Assembly (NCBI GenBank): GCA_963740315.1
Contig: CAVUDP010000002.1
Coordinates: 2,400,001 to 2,464,000 of the forward strand
Direction: 5' to 3'
From: an uncultured cyanobacterium
GTDB taxonomy: Bacteria > Cyanobacteriota > Cyanobacteriia > Cyanobacteriales > Nostocaceae
DNA: 64,000 nucleotides
The notes below the pieces were generated by a model. The model did no database searches. It had not been told where the DNA came from and saw only the letters and a list, made by a program, of their open reading frames with translations. The translations under genes and the position numbers were made by a program. This document shows positions 60,053-64,000 of the stretch, in pieces (positions within the stretch are counted from its first letter, which is position 1; every line of letters starts with the position of its first letter).

Positions 60053-63000
60053 ATATACAAAACAATTTTCAGTATGAAGTCGGGGGAGCTTTAAGTAAGG
60101 ATTCTCCTACATATGTAAGTCGTGAAGCAGATAGCGAACTTTACAGTTTTCTCAGAGCCGCAGAGTATTGTTATGTGTTTAACGCCCGTCAAATGGGAAA
60201 GTCGAGTTTGGGTAAAAAGACAATGCAGCGCTTAAAAGCTGAAGGCTTTATCTGCTGCTGGATTGATATGTCTGAAATCACCGAGAAAGATATTACCCGT
60301 AAAGACTGGTACGAACAGATTATACTTAGTATTGCGGAAGCATTAGAATTAGAATCAAACTTATTTAAAGACTGGTTTTCTAATTACGATTCAAACAGAC
60401 CTGCTAGTAAATTTAGAGATTTTTTTGGTGAAGTTTTACTAAAAAATATTCAGAAAAACATTATTATATTTGTAGACGAAATTGATAATATCATCGAGTT
60501 GAATTTTGATGCAGCCGATGAGTTTTTTAAGCAAATAACAGCTATTTATAACAGACGCGCCGACAATCCCGAATACCAACGTATTTCCTTTGCATTTTTT
60601 GGCGGTGCAACTCCATATGAATTGATTCAAAAACCAATTGGAATTGGTAGGGCAATTGAATTAAGGGGTTTTGAATTAGACGAAGCTTTAAATTTAGGTA
60701 CGGGCTTGAATGTCAAAACGTCGAACTCTCACGCCGTGTTAGAAGAAGTATTAAAATGGACTGGGGGACAACCTTTTTTAACGCAAAAGATTTGTCGTCT
60801 TCTATGTGGAGGAGACTTAATAACTAATGGTTCAGAATCACAAACAGTAAGCAATTTAATTCAAACTATAATTGAGTATTGGGATAGCGATAAACAAGAT
60901 TCTCCCGTACATTTTAGAACTATTTACCGCAGAATATTAGATAGCAAAAATAGTAATAAGCTGCGCCATCTTTGTCATCAACTTTTTAAAAATGGTAAAA
61001 TTCCCATTGATAAAACACCCGAACAGCTTGAATTTCGCTATACGGGATTAGTAGTACGACGGGGAAATTATTTAGAGTTTTTTAATCCAATTTACCAGCG
61101 CATATTTAACGAAAATGTCATACCGGAACCCGATGGCGCACCATCTATATTTATAGAGCGTCAGGAACAACAAGCAAGTTTTAAACAAATCTTACATTCT
61201 TTATTAAATTCTCGATCGCAAGATAATTGTCCGCAAATTTTCTTAATCTACGGACATCAAGGAATGGGCAAATCTGCTTTTATTAACCGCTTGCGCCAAA
61301 TTGTTGCAGAACAACCTTTCAAAGATAAAATTAACAACTTACTTCTAGATTGGGCTTACGAATACGAACGCTATCCCGAACTAAAAGTGGGACATAACAA
61401 TATTGAATCCAAAGATGTTTTAGAAGTAATCTATCAAAAGTTTGTCTTTGAAGGTTGGGGAAATCACTTTGAGAATTACCGTCAAACCAAGGAATTGTGT
61501 CAGAATGCCAACCAAAAAATTGCTTTATCGTTAAAAAATTATCCTGCCTCCGCAGAATTTATTGATAATTTACGTCCTTTGGGAGTAGAAGGAATTGTCG
61601 ATTTGTTGAACGAAGATGAATTCAATTTAGATGAAGAAGAGCAAAAAGAATGGAAACAGACAAAAGAATTTATCGAACTGCAACTTTCACCGCAAGAGTT
61701 AAAAGTTTTTCAACAGCAAGAAAAACATCTTGCCGTTGCTTTGGGAATTGGAATTGCCAATATAGCTTCAGAAACACCATTAGTAATAATTTTTGATACT
61801 TATGAACTCGTAGATTCAGTCAAATGCGATTATATTCTGCGTTATGCAATCAACCAAAGTAGCAATAAAGTAGCATGGGCGATCGCCTCTCAAAGAAACC
61901 TTGCAGATAGCGGCAAGAGGAATGATGCAGCCAAATTAGCTTTACAAAATTTGGAGCATCAAGATCCCGATGTAGTTGTAGCAACGATTAAAGCATTAGC
62001 ACATTTTGATGATGGAATTACAGTTACCGAATTAATCAACTTTGCTTTGCTGCCTACAAACGATCGTTACGTGCGTGAAACAGCAGCCCGCGAATTAGGG
62101 AAAATAGTTGAGAAGAAAACAGATTTGTCGCAAATATCGACAGCAATTGAAGCTTTGGTTACTGCGATGCGAAACGATTACATTAGCAATGTGCGCGAGA
62201 GTGCAGCCAAAGCACTACAGAAAATCTACGCGGCGATCGAATTAAGAGAAAATCAACATGACGAAATTATCAAAGTAATTGAACGCAATCTGATACTTGC
62301 AGGTAAATTAAATCGAGAAGATTCCGCAGAAATAAACGATACACCTTTTGAAATACTCATAGAAGATTTATCCAGTCAGGATTTGGATACAAGAGTAAAC
62401 AGCGCCCAAAAGTTGAGTAAATACCAACAAGCCGCAGAATATCTCGTGAAAATACTTGCTAACTCACGCGAAGATCCCGATATCCGCGCTACAGCAGCAC
62501 AGTCATTAGGAGAAATCGGCATAACTAACTCCCATGCAGTTGAAGTACTAATCAAAGCCGTAGATTACGAACAACAACCAGATTCTTACGTGCGAAAACA
62601 AGCGGCGATTACCTTGGGTAAACTCAAAGCCACAGCAGCTATAGATGCATTGAACAAAGTCTGTCGTCAAGATAAATTTAGCAGCGTTCGCAATCCGGCT
62701 CAAGCATCTTTGGAATCGATCGCTTCGTCAGCAGATTCAGAAAACGCCAGACAAAAGGCGGCAATTTATCTAGAGCAACTGAATCCACAACCATCTCAAC
62801 CGAAAATTATCGAGTTAATTGAACAGTTAAATAGTCAAGACAGAATAAAGAGAGAATCTGCTGTTATTGCATCGGGTAACATCAACGTTAATAAGCAAGA
62901 ATTAGATGAATTTAGAATTATAGAAAGGTTAATAGATATGTGGCGAAATGACCCAATTACCGAGGTAAGAAATGCTGTTGAAGATGCATTATGTGAAATA

Positions 63001-63126
63001 TATAAACGTACACAAGATCCAACTGCATACAAAGCTTTGAAACGATATCCCGATTATACCAACGATCGAGTTAGAGAAAAATACGAGTTGCTATTTAAGC
63101 AATATCCTTTATCGATTAATAGTTGA
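60049..63126 (+). CDS. AAA_35 NTPase - second P-loop NTPase - HEAT-repeat protein
   Basis: TYVSREAD, NARQMGKSS, IFVDEID, TGGQPFLTQK; second GHQGMGKS and IIFDTYE; VR..AA..LG HEAT repeats; ATGA overlap with the kinase gene. Confidence 0.85.
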   Translation: MNIQNNFQYEVGGALSKDSPTYVSREADSELYSFLRAAEYCYVFNARQMGKSSLGKKTMQRLKAEGFICCWIDMSEITEKDITRKDWYEQIILSIAEALELESNLFKDWFSNYDSNRPASKFRDFFGEVLLKNIQKNIIIFVDEIDNIIELNFDAADEFFKQITAIYNRRADNPEYQRISFAFFGGATPYELIQKPIGIGRAIELRGFELDEALNLGTGLNVKTSNSHAVLEEVLKWTGGQPFLTQKICRLLCGGDLITNGSESQTVSNLIQTIIEYWDSDKQDSPVHFRTIYRRILDSKNSNKLRHLCHQLFKNGKIPIDKTPEQLEFRYTGLVVRRGNYLEFFNPIYQRIFNENVIPEPDGAPSIFIERQEQQASFKQILHSLLNSRSQDNCPQIFLIYGHQGMGKSAFINRLRQIVAEQPFKDKINNLLLDWAYEYERYPELKVGHNNIESKDVLEVIYQKFVFEGWGNHFENYRQTKELCQNANQKIALSLKNYPASAEFIDNLRPLGVEGIVDLLNEDEFNLDEEEQKEWKQTKEFIELQLSPQELKVFQQQEKHLAVALGIGIANIASETPLVIIFDTYELVDSVKCDYILRYAINQSSNKVAWAIASQRNLADSGKRNDAAKLALQNLEHQDPDVVVATIKALAHFDDGITVTELINFALLPTNDRYVRETAARELGKIVEKKTDLSQISTAIEALVTAMRNDYISNVRESAAKALQKIYAAIELRENQHDEIIKVIERNLILAGKLNREDSAEINDTPFEILIEDLSSQDLDTRVNSAQKLSKYQQAAEYLVKILANSREDPDIRATAAQSLGEIGITNSHAVEVLIKAVDYEQQPDSYVRKQAAITLGKLKATAAIDALNKVCRQDKFSSVRNPAQASLESIASSADSENARQKAAIYLEQLNPQPSQPKIIELIEQLNSQDRIKRESAVIASGNINVNKQELDEFRIIERLIDMWRNDPITEVRNAVEDALCEIYKRTQDPTAYKALKRYPDYTNDRVREKYELLFKQYPLSINS

Positions 63127-63131
63127 TTGAT

Positions 63132-63157
63132 TTCACTTACTTCACTTACTTCACTTA
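63132..63157. repeat. Tandem 9-mer (TTCACTTAC) x3
   Basis: Directly after the HEAT gene stop. Confidence 0.85.
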
Positions 63158-63242
63158 AAAATGAACTACGTTTACAACACGGAATGAAAAGATATCTTTT
63201 CCATCAGGTTCTAAATTTCAATCAATACAATTGGAGAACAAA

Positions 63243-64000
63243 ATGAATTTTATCGTTAATGCAAGAGAAGGTAATTCTTATACTACACCACAAGGAAAAG
63301 TGGTAACTATATCGGAAACTTTGACTAATATTTCCGATCCTCAAACCCAAGTGGCGGCATTAAGTTATCTTGGCGTTCAATTTGTAGATAATCACCTGAT
63401 AATTAACTTTCTCGAAACAGGTAATCCCTATGCTGAAGTTGAAGGCGATCGAACAAAATTAGGTGAGAAAATAACCGATATCGCAATCGTAGAATTAGCT
63501 TTGAGGCAACAACCACCTCAACCCTTAGAAATAAAAGCATACTTGTTGCCATTTATAGAAGATGGAGTCAACTTTGCTGGTAACATCAACTTTAAAACCC
63601 CTGGGGGAGAAAAGCGAAAAATCCCCATGACTGGTAGGGGAACAGCTGCTTTGGAAGGAAGAGCTAATGATGCTCATGCGGGATTTTGTACGGGTGGTGC
63701 TTGCGCCTCATTTCAATCCAGAAGCGCTTTAGTTTTAGCGATCGCTGCTGCTGCTGGTGCCAGCAACGAACAAATTGACATTATAGGAGAAAAATTTGCA
63801 CAGCTTAACAATAAATTTCATGGAAGAGGAGACATTCTTTCTTACTGCATAGAATCCGCTAAAACTCCCCAAGAAAAAATGCCCAGTTACAAAGAGTTTA
63901 TGACTGCTCTTTATCCAAATAATCGTCCCGTATTACTTGAAAGTATGATTAATACAGGAAAACCAAATCATGCTTATTTTGAAAAAGTCTTAACTAAAAT
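63243..64000 (+). CDS. Hypothetical protein, cut by the window edge (not in the ORF track)
   Basis: GGAG RBS; open for 252 codons: MNFIVNAREGNSYTTPQGKVV...AHAGFCTGGACASF...YFEKVLTK. Confidence 0.75.
   Translation, partial: MNFIVNAREGNSYTTPQGKVVTISETLTNISDPQTQVAALSYLGVQFVDNHLIINFLETGNPYAEVEGDRTKLGEKITDIAIVELALRQQPPQPLEIKAYLLPFIEDGVNFAGNINFKTPGGEKRKIPMTGRGTAALEGRANDAHAGFCTGGACASFQSRSALVLAIAAAAGASNEQIDIIGEKFAQLNNKFHGRGDILSYCIESAKTPQEKMPSYKEFMTALYPNNRPVLLESMINTGKPNHAYFEKVLTK

Noticed and set aside
1..64000. HIP1 (GCGATCGC) abundance as a novel signal; rRNA, tRNA or transposase genes
   Set aside because: HIP1 enrichment is a well-known cyanobacterial trait; no RNA genes or transposase ORFs were recognised by eye

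Overview
AT-rich chromosomal window from a heterocyst-forming cyanobacterium (Nostocales-like: abundant HIP1 GCGATCGC, many 7-9-mer STRR tracts, complete heterocyst glycolipid island). 1-25 kb: hgl/hgd island (partial glycosyltransferase, DUF2141, hgdA-hgdC-hgdB, ParB-like gene, small gene, hglE with fused HglF-like end, an inserted membrane-anchored gene, hglG, fused hglD/C, hglA, hglB), with no hetN/hetI next to hglB. 25-54 kb: mixed housekeeping and accessory genes (ureidoglycolate lyase, xanthine-dehydrogenase-family pair, Uma2, RelE-type TA, aroB, petL, bioB, RimJ, SelO, glycerate kinase, a decayed large surface-protein gene, uvrA with a LexA box) and two tandem paralogous microprotein genes next to an NtcA-type site. 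54-56 kb: decaying defence islet (broken PIN-type TA pair; intact C5 methyltransferase resembling GRCGYC enzymes, whose endonuclease survives only as a C-terminal stub). 57-64 kb: the best candidate for an undescribed system: FHA-winged-helix regulator with an 11-bp-period repeat at its promoter, non-RD Ser/Thr kinase-AAA_35 fusion, translationally coupled AAA_35-second NTPase-HEAT protein, and an unknown ORF running off the window. All family calls are from motif recognition and memory, without database searches. No rRNA, tRNA, CRISPR array or intact transposase was seen.
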